Shown: positions 43,079-52,367 of the stretch, one piece after another | Numbering within the stretch: the stretch's first letter is position 1 | Layout: the number at the start of each line of letters is the position of its first letter | Sequence record: MH051917 | Reading direction: 5' to 3' (one strand) | From: Enterobacteria phage vB_EcoM_IME341 | DNA: 64,000 nucleotides | Position numbers and translations under genes: made by a program | The notes under the pieces: generated by a model | The model's database searches: none | What the model saw: only the letters and a program-made list of their open reading frames with translations | What the model was told of the DNA's origin: nothing

Positions 43079-43342
43079 ATGGATAATTATGGTGAATTGT
43101 TTAATTTCTTTATGAAATGCGTTCCTGAAGAATTTGGTGCTACTGTTAACGATATTAAGGTTATAGGTGACGACCATCCTATATTTGAAACGTATGCAGT
43201 AATGGGTAATGATGATGGCCAGTGGTATACCGTAAAGGTTGTGGTTAATATGTTTGCCGCCGAAGGTTATGTTAAATTGTCTACCAAAGTTTATCATGAT
43301 AACGATTTTGATGCGGAAGAGTATTTCAATAATATGAAATAA
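43079..43342 (+). CDS. hypothetical protein
   Basis: ATG 43079 after AAGGAGAG. Confidence 0.5.
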   Translation: MDNYGELFNFFMKCVPEEFGATVNDIKVIGDDHPIFETYAVMGNDDGQWYTVKVVVNMFAAEGYVKLSTKVYHDNDFDAEEYFNNMK

Positions 43343-43344
43343 TT

Positions 43345-43381
43345 GTTTACATGGGCTCATGATTAAGATATTATGAGCCCA
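43345..43381 (+). promoter_or_regulatory. early promoter cassette with 9-bp inverted repeat across the -10
   Basis: GTTTAC 43345-50; TATTAT 43369-74; TGGGCTCAT 43352-60 vs ATGAGCCCA 43373-81. Confidence 0.65.
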
Positions 43382-43399
43382 TAATTTGAGGAGAACATA

Positions 43400-43798
43400 A
43401 TGAATATCGAAGATAAAGAAATGCAAGAGTTGTACAATTCATTAACGCCTGAACAACAAAAAGCTGCCAAAGAATTAGAGAAAGCTCTTACTTTCAACTT
43501 GGCAAAAACTGATTGGGCTGCCATGTATGAAGAAAAAACTAGATTAGAACTTGAAGCGGTCGAGAGAAATGAATGGATTGTCGAAACCAAGATTTCTGAT
43601 GGTGGTTGCTCTGTTGAGGTGTCAGCTGTAGTTAAAGGTACCCATGGCGAAAAATCATGGGGCTGGCATAATGAGACAAACAAATATATTGTTCTCTCAA
43701 CGTCAAAAACTTATGGCCAAAGGGCTCCTGTATCCAAAGCTATTATTAAGCAAGCTCAATGGGAAGCCAATGAAATCTGCCTCGCAAAAATGAAATAA
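43400..43798 (+). CDS. hypothetical protein
   Basis: 132-aa ORF after GAGGAG. Confidence 0.5.
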   Translation: MNIEDKEMQELYNSLTPEQQKAAKELEKALTFNLAKTDWAAMYEEKTRLELEAVERNEWIVETKISDGGCSVEVSAVVKGTHGEKSWGWHNETNKYIVLSTSKTYGQRAPVSKAIIKQAQWEANEICLAKMK

Positions 43799-43801
43799 AA
43801 T

Positions 43802-43838
43802 GTTTACATCCCTCAGAGGACAGGGTATAATGTCCTCA
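43802..43838 (+). promoter_or_regulatory. early promoter cassette with 7-bp inverted repeat across the -10
   Basis: GTTTAC 43802-07; TATAAT 43826-31; GAGGACA vs TGTCCTC. Confidence 0.65.
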
Positions 43839-43873
43839 TGGATTATAAATCTTAACCAACTGAAGGAAATACT

Positions 43874-44467
43874 ATGAACACTTTAAAGAAAATCGTTGAA
43901 TTCATCCGTTCTAAACTGGGTACTGCAATGGCTCAGAACCTGTCAATCGAAGACCAGTATACTAAAGCTGCTTCTACCCTGATTGATAAAATCACTGAAC
44001 TCCAGACTGCTCATGTTAAGTCTGTGAATGAAGAAAAACGTATTCGGGCGTTGGCTAATGAAAAAGACCAGCTTGCTGCTTCTAAAGAACGTGAAATTCG
44101 TAAACTGATTGCCGAAGGCGCTGATGTCCAGGTACATGCTAAACTCGGCCTCCTTTATCGTCGTACGGCTACTCAGCTTCGTAAGAAAGCCGATGATTAT
44201 ATCGAAATGCGTAATGAAATTAAACTGAAGGTCAAGGAACTTGATGACTCTCGTCAGGAACTGGCTGTTAAGCTCGAGTACATCCGTGAAACTCGTAATA
44301 TGGCTGCCCTTGGTATTGCTACTGCCGATGATGTTGTTGAAATCGCTGCACTGACTAAGATTGATATTGAAGATACCCTGCTGCGTGTAGAAACGTTTAA
44401 AGGCCCACAGGTTGGAATGGATACGACTTCTGCTGATATCGACGACTACATTAATTCACTTAAGTAA
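43874..44467 (+). CDS. coiled-coil protein, PspA/IM30-like by composition
   Basis: 197 aa, heptad-rich; similarity judged by eye only. Confidence 0.45.
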   Translation: MNTLKKIVEFIRSKLGTAMAQNLSIEDQYTKAASTLIDKITELQTAHVKSVNEEKRIRALANEKDQLAASKEREIRKLIAEGADVQVHAKLGLLYRRTATQLRKKADDYIEMRNEIKLKVKELDDSRQELAVKLEYIRETRNMAALGIATADDVVEIAALTKIDIEDTLLRVETFKGPQVGMDTTSADIDDYINSLK

Positions 44468-44474
44468 TGTTACC

Positions 44475-44497
44475 GGGAGACTTCGGTCTCCCTATTT
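44475..44497 (+). terminator. hairpin, weak terminator
   Basis: GGGAGAC-TTCG-GTCTCCC then TATTT; inverted copy of the hairpin at 5852. Confidence 0.5.
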
Positions 44498-44515
44498 GGA
44501 GGAGAGGAGAATATT

Positions 44516-45058
44516 ATGAGTTTATATGATGACCTGATATCAAATATTGATTGGTTTAAACATAGCGGTCTTTCCCATGAAACTAATGCAGTTCTTTATA
44601 GAATTCGCCAAGACCTAGGTTATTCCAATGATTTCTTAAGTCGAACAAGTAGCCATGGACACACTACCAAATTGCCCTTTATCTTCGCTTTAGCTGAAGA
44701 CCTTTCTTTTGCAGAAGCTTTAGAAATTATTGACGTAAATCTGGGTATTCAACGAGTGGAATTCGCTGGATTATGCTATTCAGTATACGCTTTAAATGAA
44801 CCAAGTGATTGTAAACAGCTTGTTGATGCTGACGATGATTACCATTTAGTATGCTATTTGATGTTAGAAAATGGTGACCACTTTGGTATGGTCGACCGCC
44901 GCCCGAGTTATTCGGATATTAAAAATTACGATAAAGATGAGCTTATTATTTTGGCTAATGAGTATACATCAGAGATTCGAAAACAACAACGGAAGCTTAA
45001 TCGTTTTATTGCTGAATGTCGCGAATACGCTAAAGAGGTTCAAAATGGAACGGCCTAG
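44516..45058 (+). CDS. hypothetical protein, C-terminal ...NRFIAECRE
   Basis: 180-aa ORF after GGAGGAGAGGAG. Confidence 0.5.
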   Translation: MSLYDDLISNIDWFKHSGLSHETNAVLYRIRQDLGYSNDFLSRTSSHGHTTKLPFIFALAEDLSFAEALEIIDVNLGIQRVEFAGLCYSVYALNEPSDCKQLVDADDDYHLVCYLMLENGDHFGMVDRRPSYSDIKNYDKDELIILANEYTSEIRKQQRKLNRFIAECREYAKEVQNGTA

Positions 45059-45398
45059 TCTTTCATCACATGTTTATCAATTGGCTGAATATGATATTGC
45101 TATTTCCTTATTTATGGGAATTGTCACCGGTATGCTAGGAGGTTTGGTTGGTCTGGTAATGACCACGGTTATGGCGGCAATCGAAGGAGTCACGCCTATT
45201 GAGATGGGTTTTTATATGATAATCGCTCCGGCTGTCGTGGCTTATTTTATCCCTGTTGTGTATGATATTTGCCATACAAACGCTTTGAATGCTCCCATCC
45301 GTAAGAGATATGCTTTAGAGATGGCTAATTATAATGAGCATGTAAAACAAACTAAACGTAATGACCTTGAAATCTTTATTAAGGAATGTAAATCATGA
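45045..45398 (+). CDS. small membrane protein, C-terminal ...EIFIKECKS
   Basis: two TM segments; coupled to next gene. Confidence 0.5.
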   Translation: MERPSLSSHVYQLAEYDIAISLFMGIVTGMLGGLVGLVMTTVMAAIEGVTPIEMGFYMIIAPAVVAYFIPVVYDICHTNALNAPIRKRYALEMANYNEHVKQTKRNDLEIFIKECKS

Positions 45399-45685
45399 AT
45401 AAAATTGAAATCGAAATCCCAGAACACAACGATGAGAAATCTGCAGAAAAGGCTATCTATGCTCTTCTGAATAAAGTGAATACCATCGAACATGAATGTG
45501 AAGCTATTGCCGATAAGTATGGTATCCAATTCGGTACCGGTGATTATGGTTCAGGCCGTACATATTATCCTGTCGGTTATGAATGCTCCCAGTGGTTTAA
45601 AGATGAAATTGAAAACAACGGCGGTGAAGTTGAAAACGGCGTCGTTACAGTTGGTGCTTGGGTCTCCTCTTCAGCAATGTGCTAA
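45395..45685 (+). CDS. tandem-family member A (C-terminus GAWVSSSAMC)
   Basis: TAAGGA RBS; shared C-terminal motif. Confidence 0.6.
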   Translation: MNKIEIEIPEHNDEKSAEKAIYALLNKVNTIEHECEAIADKYGIQFGTGDYGSGRTYYPVGYECSQWFKDEIENNGGEVENGVVTVGAWVSSSAMC

Positions 45686-45694
45686 GGAAACGCT

Positions 45695-45976
45695 ATGATG
45701 AATGATAACCATAACAACCCGGAGCTTCTGGCCGCAGTAAAAGAAATCCATGAAGCTATTCGTCGTGCTGAGGAAATTGCAGACAAATATGAGACTCATT
45801 TTAATATATACCCTGCTCGCGGTATGGGCGGTGACTATTATTCTCCTGGCGCCCTGAAAGCTGACCTGGCCCACTGGGAAGAAGATGGTCATCCTGAATG
45901 GGCTATTGTTAATACTCATGACTATACAACTGACCTGGAAAATGGTGGTTGGGTGTCCTCTTCTTCTGAATGTTAA
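45695..45976 (+). CDS. tandem-family member B (C-terminus GGWVSSSSEC)
   Basis: TAAGGA RBS overlapping upstream stop; shared motif. Confidence 0.6.
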   Translation: MMNDNHNNPELLAAVKEIHEAIRRAEEIADKYETHFNIYPARGMGGDYYSPGALKADLAHWEEDGHPEWAIVNTHDYTTDLENGGWVSSSSEC

Positions 45977-45985
45977 GGAATTATT

Positions 45986-46183
45986 ATGTCTCGTGAATTA
46001 GATTGTGCAATCCGTACTGCAGCCGCAGCTATTGAAAACGTTATCCAGATTTGTAAAGAAGAACGCGAAGAAGCCGATATCTATATCGATGGTGTTCGTG
46101 ACCTAGAACGACATATCACGCTTTATAACGGTTGTATTACTATTAGTGGTACCTCTTGGGTGTCCTCCTCTTACGAATGCTAA
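45986..46183 (+). CDS. tandem-family member C (C-terminus TSWVSSSYEC)
   Basis: as above. Confidence 0.6.
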   Translation: MSRELDCAIRTAAAAIENVIQICKEEREEADIYIDGVRDLERHITLYNGCITISGTSWVSSSYEC

Positions 46184-46192
46184 GGAAATAAA

Positions 46193-46402
46193 ATGACTAT
46201 TGATGAAATTGAAAAACAAATCCGTGAATTAGTACGTAAAGGCCAGTCTGTGGCTGACGAAACAGGTCAGCACTTCCACGCTGGTGGCGAAGAATATATT
46301 CCAGCTTCTAGTCCGGAATATGATGATTACGAATGGGTCCGTGATGACTACGGTATTCCTGAAGGTGAAGGTTTCTGGTTTAGCTCCTCTATGTCTTGCT
46401 AA
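46193..46402 (+). CDS. tandem-family member D (C-terminus GFWFSSSMSC)
   Basis: as above. Confidence 0.6.
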   Translation: MTIDEIEKQIRELVRKGQSVADETGQHFHAGGEEYIPASSPEYDDYEWVRDDYGIPEGEGFWFSSSMSC

Positions 46403-46412
46403 GGTGATAAAA

Positions 46413-46637
46413 ATGACTGATATTAATGAATTAGAAAAAGCGGCACTTGAACTGGCTGCACTGTATAAGAAAGTAAAAGATATGGCTTCTGCTCAGGATT
46501 TTGGTGTTGAGCTCGATGATTATGACGGTGAAGTTCGTCTCGAAGATTGGCTGAATAGCTCTTGTTATGGTGAAGAAGCTGGTCGCACCTTCGTTGCTCG
46601 GTCCGATGGTAAAATCTGGTACCCAAGCTCATGCTAA
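46413..46637 (+). CDS. tandem-family member E (C-terminus KIWYPSSC)
   Basis: as above; degenerate motif. Confidence 0.55.
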   Translation: MTDINELEKAALELAALYKKVKDMASAQDFGVELDDYDGEVRLEDWLNSSCYGEEAGRTFVARSDGKIWYPSSC

Positions 46638-46858
46638 AATTGAAAAAACGATACATTCGTAAAATAAACGGTCTTCGCGATTATGCCAAAGGTTGGCCAC
46701 TAAGTATTATTATGGCTGATAGACACCCACGTTATAATACCGAGATGACTTATTACAAAAAGTATGATTCGTATTGTCGGTCTAAAGCAGGCCGTTTAGA
46801 TGGTTCTTACGAAGACTATTTTGGTAAAAAACCTACTCGTGTTTCGTTAGGAAAATAA
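46631..46858 (+). CDS. hypothetical basic protein
   Basis: 75-aa ORF, weak RBS. Confidence 0.35.
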   Translation: MLKLKKRYIRKINGLRDYAKGWPLSIIMADRHPRYNTEMTYYKKYDSYCRSKAGRLDGSYEDYFGKKPTRVSLGK

Positions 46859-46888
46859 TTTAACCACATGGATGTGGTAGGAGGACTT

Positions 46889-47218
46889 ATGCATAAAGAT
46901 TCAGTATTCAAATATCTTTTGAAAACAGATAAAGAATTCTATATGAATGGGCAAGCCTTCTTGTTCGTTCGTGGTAAACGTGAGATGTTTTACAAATGCG
47001 ACCTCTCAATGCACCATCATATGTATCACACCCATGGCGAGCCTATACTGGGGTTCTCTGGTGACGAAACTAGACGTATAGCTATGTACTACGACCATTT
47101 TAAGCTCAATGATTGTGGTGACAACGCTCTGGTCTGGAATCCATCTTGGCGTCGTTGGGATACGGTAGACAACGATAAATTATTTTTAGAATATTGCAGA
47201 AGTGATGTACAACTCTAA
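46889..47218 (+). CDS. hypothetical His-rich protein
   Basis: ATG 46889 after AGGAGGA. Confidence 0.45.
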   Translation: MHKDSVFKYLLKTDKEFYMNGQAFLFVRGKREMFYKCDLSMHHHMYHTHGEPILGFSGDETRRIAMYYDHFKLNDCGDNALVWNPSWRRWDTVDNDKLFLEYCRSDVQL

Positions 47219-47234
47219 AAATACGTGTTACTAT
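47207..47234 (+). promoter_or_regulatory. early promoter variant (TGTACA -35, TACTAT -10)
   Basis: leader ACACAAACATGAGGAGAAC shared with the denV leader. Confidence 0.45.
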
Positions 47235-47261
47235 TACCCTACACAAACATGAGGAGAACAT

Positions 47262-47501
47262 ATGTGGTATTACGCTCCGATGTCCGATAAGTCTAATGAA
47301 CCGGTACGCATTACTCGTGCCAAGTTTAAAAAGATTTATGGCTTTGCTTATAAGAAGTCTGATTACGGTGTTCGTTTTGAAGATGCTCACTGTATCAATG
47401 ACCCTTATGCAGAAGAAATTTCTAATGAGATAATTCCTATCGTTGAGAGTAATTCCAATGATATGTGGGAATTGCATAACACTTACGTTGCCGAAATTTA
47501 A
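47262..47501 (+). CDS. hypothetical protein
   Basis: 79-aa ORF after GAGGAG. Confidence 0.5.
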   Translation: MWYYAPMSDKSNEPVRITRAKFKKIYGFAYKKSDYGVRFEDAHCINDPYAEEISNEIIPIVESNSNDMWELHNTYVAEI

Positions 47502-47520
47502 GTTTACTGAGGAAAATATT

Positions 47521-48480
47521 ATGATGCTAGTTATTGGTTCTCGCGCACTGCACCACGCTGGTCTGATTGAAAATAAGTATATCGAAAATTCTGATTGGGA
47601 TTTCATTGCCGACCAAGGCTCATGGAACCACTTTAAAGCTCGGATGTTCGGCGCCCATGTACACGTTGACAATCCTGATGTTCAGGCTTTCAAATGTATG
47701 CATAATGGTAAAGAAACCTATTTCGAAGCTTATATCGTCCGTGCTCTGACTAACGTACGTGAAATCACTGGTGAGCTCCAAGACGAAGATTTCACCTCAA
47801 GTTATCGTCTCCTGAAATATGCTGAAAATCGTATTAAAAAGGACCGTCTTACAGGTTTCTATTGGGCTACGCCTGATATCTGTCTGGCTATCAAAACCTC
47901 TCATCGTTTCCTGAAGAATAATCCTTTCTTCTTGAAAACTATGTCCCACATCAAATACCTTCGTAATAAAGGTATCACCCTGAATGAAGAACTCCAGGAA
48001 ATTATGCTGCAGCGTCAAAAAGAAACGTTGAGCTATTCCCACCCTAAATTGGATGTAAACAAATCATCGTTCTTTAACGATACCATTTATACGCTAGACC
48101 ACGACTCTATCCATGAAGCCGTGGCATTGGCAGGGCGCCCGGCATATACCTTTTATATGAAGGAAGGTTCTGAAGTCATGACCTCTCGTGAGAAGTTCGA
48201 GGCTTTGCCTGAAGCTATTAAACTGGCTGGTGTATATGAAGAAACTTGTGTCCTGGCACTAGAACGTTCACAGGTTCCTAATGACTTCAATATTTCACCA
48301 TCATTAAGTTTCTATATGGCTCTTGAGAAAGTGTGTACCTCAATCACTTCAGGTTGGTTCCGTGAGTACGCCTGGGAAAACTACCAAGCTGTGGTTAATA
48401 TGTACAAGACTTTAGGTGAAAACGACTACATCAAACGATTCCAAGATAACCATCATTTAATTCGTCCTTTCGAAAAATAA
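47521..48480 (+). CDS. hypothetical protein with possible G-S...D-x-D nucleotidyltransferase-like N-terminus
   Basis: ATG 47521 after GAGGAAAA; IGSRALHHAG...SDWDF; weak. Confidence 0.5.
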   Translation: MMLVIGSRALHHAGLIENKYIENSDWDFIADQGSWNHFKARMFGAHVHVDNPDVQAFKCMHNGKETYFEAYIVRALTNVREITGELQDEDFTSSYRLLKYAENRIKKDRLTGFYWATPDICLAIKTSHRFLKNNPFFLKTMSHIKYLRNKGITLNEELQEIMLQRQKETLSYSHPKLDVNKSSFFNDTIYTLDHDSIHEAVALAGRPAYTFYMKEGSEVMTSREKFEALPEAIKLAGVYEETCVLALERSQVPNDFNISPSLSFYMALEKVCTSITSGWFREYAWENYQAVVNMYKTLGENDYIKRFQDNHHLIRPFEK

Positions 48481-48492
48481 TTGCATAAAATT

Positions 48493-48532
48493 GTTTACAA
48501 GGTCTATAGGCATGATACTATAGACCTATCAA
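48493..48532 (+). promoter_or_regulatory. early promoter cassette, 45-bp identical copy of 39207
   Basis: identical GTTTACAAGGTCTATAGGCATGATACTATAGACCTATCAAAACAA. Confidence 0.7.
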
Positions 48533-48558
48533 AACAACAGAGTGAAATGGAGAATAAA

Positions 48559-48771
48559 ATGAAACTTTCTAACCAAGCAATCAACATGTTAAACGAAGTT
48601 CGTGCAGCTGGTGCTAAATGCCTGATGGTTAACACTCGTGACGGTGACCTTCGTCAAGCATTCGGTGAATTGAAATCTGCTGACCTGGTTAAATGTTCAG
48701 TTGGTATCGGTAACGCACTTCGTGTATCCTTATCCCCTAAAGGTAAAATGTACTTTTTCAACAAAAAGTAA
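48559..48771 (+). CDS. hypothetical protein
   Basis: ATG 48559 after GGAGA; 70 aa. Confidence 0.5.
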   Translation: MKLSNQAINMLNEVRAAGAKCLMVNTRDGDLRQAFGELKSADLVKCSVGIGNALRVSLSPKGKMYFFNKK

Positions 48772-48785
48772 GTGAGGAAAATATT

Positions 48786-49472
48786 ATGAACGGTCCAAAA
48801 ACTTTTAATTCTAAAGCTCGTGCAGTAGGTGGTTTCGCTGGTAAAATTTCTAATGATAAAATCAAAAACGAACCTATGTTCTTCAACAGCTCGTTGGCCT
48901 TCGCTTTTGATAATGGTGGCCCTATTACTCGCAGCTTCATCATGAACCTACCGGATGATTGGAACACTGACCGGGTTGTATTTGATTCTCGTGTTCATAT
49001 GCTGATGCCTGGCTGGTACCCTGCTATCCCAGGTTATCACCATGATGATGTACCACGTCCGGATATTCCGGTTGGCCAACACTTTATTACCGCAGGGCAG
49101 CCTGATTATGATAATCCTCGTTACCATTCTGAACATATTCTTGGTCTTGTTAACGCTGATGTGTGTCCTACCCATTTTGCAACCGGAACTGCGCAATTTA
49201 GCCAGATTCCTGAAGGCGAACTTATCTATCGCCAGTGGCATAAAGAAGTTCTGGAAAAAATTGAGTCCAATGAATTAACCAAGTGGGATGCTCCTGACCG
49301 CACGTTGCTCCAATTTGATTGGCAGACATGGCATACAGGTTCTCGTGCAGTAAGTAACGGTTGGCGCTGGTTTGGTCGTGTCTCTCGTAATACCGACCGT
49401 GTTAAAAAGATTACTAATGAAATCCGTGTTAATGCTCAAGTTTATCTGGAATTCCCTATGGAGGGCTGGTAA
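48786..49472 (+). CDS. hypothetical protein with H-H-D-D...H metal-binding-like motif
   Basis: 228-aa ORF after GAGGAAAA; motif-level only. Confidence 0.5.
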   Translation: MNGPKTFNSKARAVGGFAGKISNDKIKNEPMFFNSSLAFAFDNGGPITRSFIMNLPDDWNTDRVVFDSRVHMLMPGWYPAIPGYHHDDVPRPDIPVGQHFITAGQPDYDNPRYHSEHILGLVNADVCPTHFATGTAQFSQIPEGELIYRQWHKEVLEKIESNELTKWDAPDRTLLQFDWQTWHTGSRAVSNGWRWFGRVSRNTDRVKKITNEIRVNAQVYLEFPMEGW

Positions 49473-50059
49473 TGGCCCTTTATGAACCCGGGTGTATGGG
49501 CATTGATGTAAACTTCATCCGTCGGTCGGAAAATGCCGGAATTATTATCCCAAGAGGTGAGAATATGATTATTAAAAAGTCCTGGCGAAATCTCGATGAC
49601 GGTGATGAAGGAATTTCAGCCAGTACAATAGATTGGTCAGGTTGTACTGCTGAAATGAAACAGCTTTTAATTGAGGAATATAAAATGGGTTATATCGTAA
49701 ACGGTTGGCAACCTGAACCACATAAAGAGCAGACTCCGGACCCGTTGATTTGTTATAGTAAAAAATACGGCTTTCGCGCATGGAGTGACGAATATGACAA
49801 ATTAGTGAGTTCTAGGTTCTATGTTTGGATGGGAATATTATTTTTTCCACTCCTTTGGTTTTTCCTGACAACAGATAATGACCTGCCTATTTGTGTATTC
49901 GCTTCAGCGATGTCTGCGGCTATCTCGGGTCTTATTGCGTCATTTTTATGGACCTCGGTTATCGAAGTACCTTTTCGTATTTCTAAAGTTAAAAAGGTAT
50001 ATGATGATATCTCCAAGAAAAATACATTAAACTCTTTTATTGAGGAATGCCGTAAATGA
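49472..50059 (+). CDS. membrane protein, C-terminal ...NSFIEECRK
   Basis: 195 aa, C-terminal TM segments. Confidence 0.5.
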   Translation: MALYEPGCMGIDVNFIRRSENAGIIIPRGENMIIKKSWRNLDDGDEGISASTIDWSGCTAEMKQLLIEEYKMGYIVNGWQPEPHKEQTPDPLICYSKKYGFRAWSDEYDKLVSSRFYVWMGILFFPLLWFFLTTDNDLPICVFASAMSAAISGLIASFLWTSVIEVPFRISKVKKVYDDISKKNTLNSFIEECRK

Positions 50060-50292
50060 GTATTGCAATTTATATTAAATCTGAGTCATGTGATTCTTAT
50101 CTGTATTCCTATGATACCGGAACGTCAGAAGAAAAAATCAAAGAAGATTTAGAAAGCGACTTGGATATGTTCCGACCTATTTCTGATTATATGGTCCAAA
50201 TATCTGATAGTGAAAGTCCGTCAACAGAAACGTGTGTTGAAATTATTATACGAGATATCTTTAAACAATCATGGGACCGAGACAATGAGTAA
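50056..50292 (+). CDS. small acidic protein
   Basis: 78-aa ORF, coupled. Confidence 0.4.
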   Translation: MSIAIYIKSESCDSYLYSYDTGTSEEKIKEDLESDLDMFRPISDYMVQISDSESPSTETCVEIIIRDIFKQSWDRDNE

Positions 50293-50734
50293 GAAAGCTA
50301 AGGAATTATCGGCAGGTATTTTGTTCATGACTGTTGATAAAGAACTGGTCATGGGGCGTGTAACAGGCTCTCGTAATCCAGAGAATATGCGTCATAAATG
50401 GGACATTCCTAAAGGTCATGTCGAACCAGGCGAAGAGCCTATTCAAGCGGCAATGCGTGAAACCGAAGAAGAGATTGGATTCACAGCATACGATCCTGCG
50501 TTCCTGAAAGACCTAGGTGAGTTCAAATATTCAAGCAATAAGAATCTACATCTGTTCTTATATACGGTGCCTGTGGAACACGAGCAGTTCAAGAATTGCA
50601 AATGTACGGCTTACCATACGTTCCCTGACGGTCGCACGATTCCTGAATTCGATGCGTTTGCCTTGATTAAACGTCCACAATGGGAATATGTCATGGGTAA
50701 GTCGATGTTTAAGGTTTTAGATTCGCTCTTTTGA
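50285..50734 (+). CDS. nudE: Nudix hydrolase
   Basis: Nudix box GHVEPGEEPIQAAMRETEEEIG; start at MSKKAKEL; directly upstream of e. Confidence 0.8.
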   Translation: MSKKAKELSAGILFMTVDKELVMGRVTGSRNPENMRHKWDIPKGHVEPGEEPIQAAMRETEEEIGFTAYDPAFLKDLGEFKYSSNKNLHLFLYTVPVEHEQFKNCKCTAYHTFPDGRTIPEFDAFALIKRPQWEYVMGKSMFKVLDSLF

Positions 50735-50761
50735 TATAAATACCTCCTATACTCAGGAGGT
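50735..50761 (+). promoter_or_regulatory. late promoter TATAAATA embedded in an SD-sequestering hairpin upstream of e
   Basis: TATAAATA 50735-42; ACCTCCT 50742-48 pairs AGGAGGT 50755-61 (the e RBS). Confidence 0.7.
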
Positions 50762-50764
50762 ATT

Positions 50765-51259
50765 ATGGATATTTTTGATATGTTACGTCAAGACGAAGGT
50801 CTTGATTTAAATCTTTATAAAGACACCGAAGGTTATTGGACTATTGGGATTGGCCAGTTGATTACCAAAAACCCTTCAAAAGATGTTGCTCGTGCCGAAC
50901 TTGATAAGCTTATGGGCCGGGTTTGCAACGGTCGTATTACTATGGCTGAAGCTGAACAACTCTTTAACCGATCGGTTGAAAATGCTCGTAGAGCTATTCT
51001 GCGTAATCCTAAATTGAAACCTGTTTATGATGTACTGGACGAAGTTCGTCGTTGTGCTTTAATTAACATGGTCTTCCAGATGGGTGAAGCAGGTGTAGCT
51101 GGGTTCACTAACTCTTTACGTATGCTCCAACAGAAACGTTGGGACGATGCGGCAGTTAACCTGGCTCAATCCCGTTGGTATAAACAAACTCCTAATCGTG
51201 CTAAGCGCGTGATTTCAACATTTAAAACAGGTACTTGGAAAGCATATGAAAACTTATAA
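50765..51259 (+). CDS. e: endolysin (T4 lysozyme)
   Basis: 164 aa, near-collinear with recalled T4 lysozyme ([21 protein letters not shown]...[31 protein letters not shown]). Confidence 0.95.
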   Translation: MDIFDMLRQDEGLDLNLYKDTEGYWTIGIGQLITKNPSKDVARAELDKLMGRVCNGRITMAEAEQLFNRSVENARRAILRNPKLKPVYDVLDEVRRCALINMVFQMGEAGVAGFTNSLRMLQQKRWDDAAVNLAQSRWYKQTPNRAKRVISTFKTGTWKAYENL

Positions 51260-51548
51260 TGAATTTATCACTGAAGCCCGCGTAACCGCAGGTAAATTAG
51301 AAGCCGCTGTAAATAAAAAGGCCCATTCATTTCATGATTTGCCAGATAAAGACCGTAAGAAACTTGTAAGCCTTTATATTGACAAAGAGCGTATTCTCGC
51401 TCTCCCGGGCGCTAATGAAGGTAAACAGGCCAAGCCTTTGAATTCTGTCGAAAAGAAAATTGATAACTTTGCTTCTAAGTTTGGTATGTCTATGGATGAC
51501 CTTCAGCAAGCGGCTACCGAAGCAGCTAAAGCAATTAAAGGTAAATAA
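51246..51548 (+). CDS. internal-protein-like protein with leader [12 protein letters not shown]
   Basis: capsid-targeting leader; position matches ipIII/ipII in T4. Confidence 0.65.
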   Translation: MKTYNEFITEARVTAGKLEAAVNKKAHSFHDLPDKDRKKLVSLYIDKERILALPGANEGKQAKPLNSVEKKIDNFASKFGMSMDDLQQAATEAAKAIKGK

Positions 51549-51550
51549 CA

Positions 51551-51580
51551 GTTTACTTTTACAATAGCTGTGATATAGTG
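51551..51580 (+). promoter_or_regulatory. early promoter (GTTTAC, 17 bp, TATAGT)
   Basis: upstream of denV. Confidence 0.5.
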
Positions 51581-51608
51581 TTCTCACACAAACATGGAGA
51601 ACACTAAA

Positions 51609-52025
51609 ATGACTCGTATTAACCTTACCTTAGTATCTGAATTGGCCGACCAACACTTAATGGCTGAATATCGCGAATTACCACGTGTTTTCGGTGCAGT
51701 TCGTAAGCATGTTGCTAATGGTAAACGTGTTCGTGATTTTAAAATTAGCTCTACTTTTATCCTTGGTACCGGCCATGTTACTTTCTTTTATGATAAGCTT
51801 GAATTTTTACGTAAACGTCAAATCGAGCTTATAGCCGAATGTTTAAAACGTGGTTTTAATATCAAGGACACTACGGTCCAAGACATTAGTGATATTCCTC
51901 AGGAATTCCGTGGTGACTATACTCCACACGAAGCTTCTATTGCTATATCTCAGGCCCGTTTGGACGAAAAAATTGCACAGCGTCCTACCTGGTACAAACA
52001 TTATGGCAAGGCTATTTACGCTTAA
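51609..52025 (+). CDS. denV: endonuclease V (pyrimidine-dimer DNA glycosylase)
   Basis: 138 aa, near-identical to recalled T4 DenV ([47 protein letters not shown]...). Confidence 0.95.
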   Translation: MTRINLTLVSELADQHLMAEYRELPRVFGAVRKHVANGKRVRDFKISSTFILGTGHVTFFYDKLEFLRKRQIELIAECLKRGFNIKDTTVQDISDIPQEFRGDYTPHEASIAISQARLDEKIAQRPTWYKHYGKAIYA

Positions 52026-52067
52026 TTAAATCCGTGATAGAATACTTCTATCAACTTAAGGAATAAT

Positions 52068-52367
52068 ATGAAAACTTATCAAGAATTTATTACAGAAGCC
52101 AAAGCTCCTAAAGCATTTCAAATTGGAGTTCAAGGCAATTTAGACCAAGAATATGTTGATGCTATTGTAGCAAGCCTCGGTAAACAGGGTGTACAAGTGG
52201 ATTTTGTTGATTTTACCAAAGGTAATACTTTTAATATTGTTACATCTAAAGGTTCTTTAGCTAAAGTTAAAAAGGCCTTTGGCGTAGCACAAGCATATGA
52301 AATCGACCACTCCGAATTGGAAAATAAAGGTCGCCAGAACACAATTAAAGGTTCTGGTTCTTTCTAA
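52068..52367 (+). CDS. internal-protein-like protein with leader MKTYQEFITEAK
   Basis: capsid-targeting leader. Confidence 0.65.
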   Translation: MKTYQEFITEAKAPKAFQIGVQGNLDQEYVDAIVASLGKQGVQVDFVDFTKGNTFNIVTSKGSLAKVKKAFGVAQAYEIDHSELENKGRQNTIKGSGSF

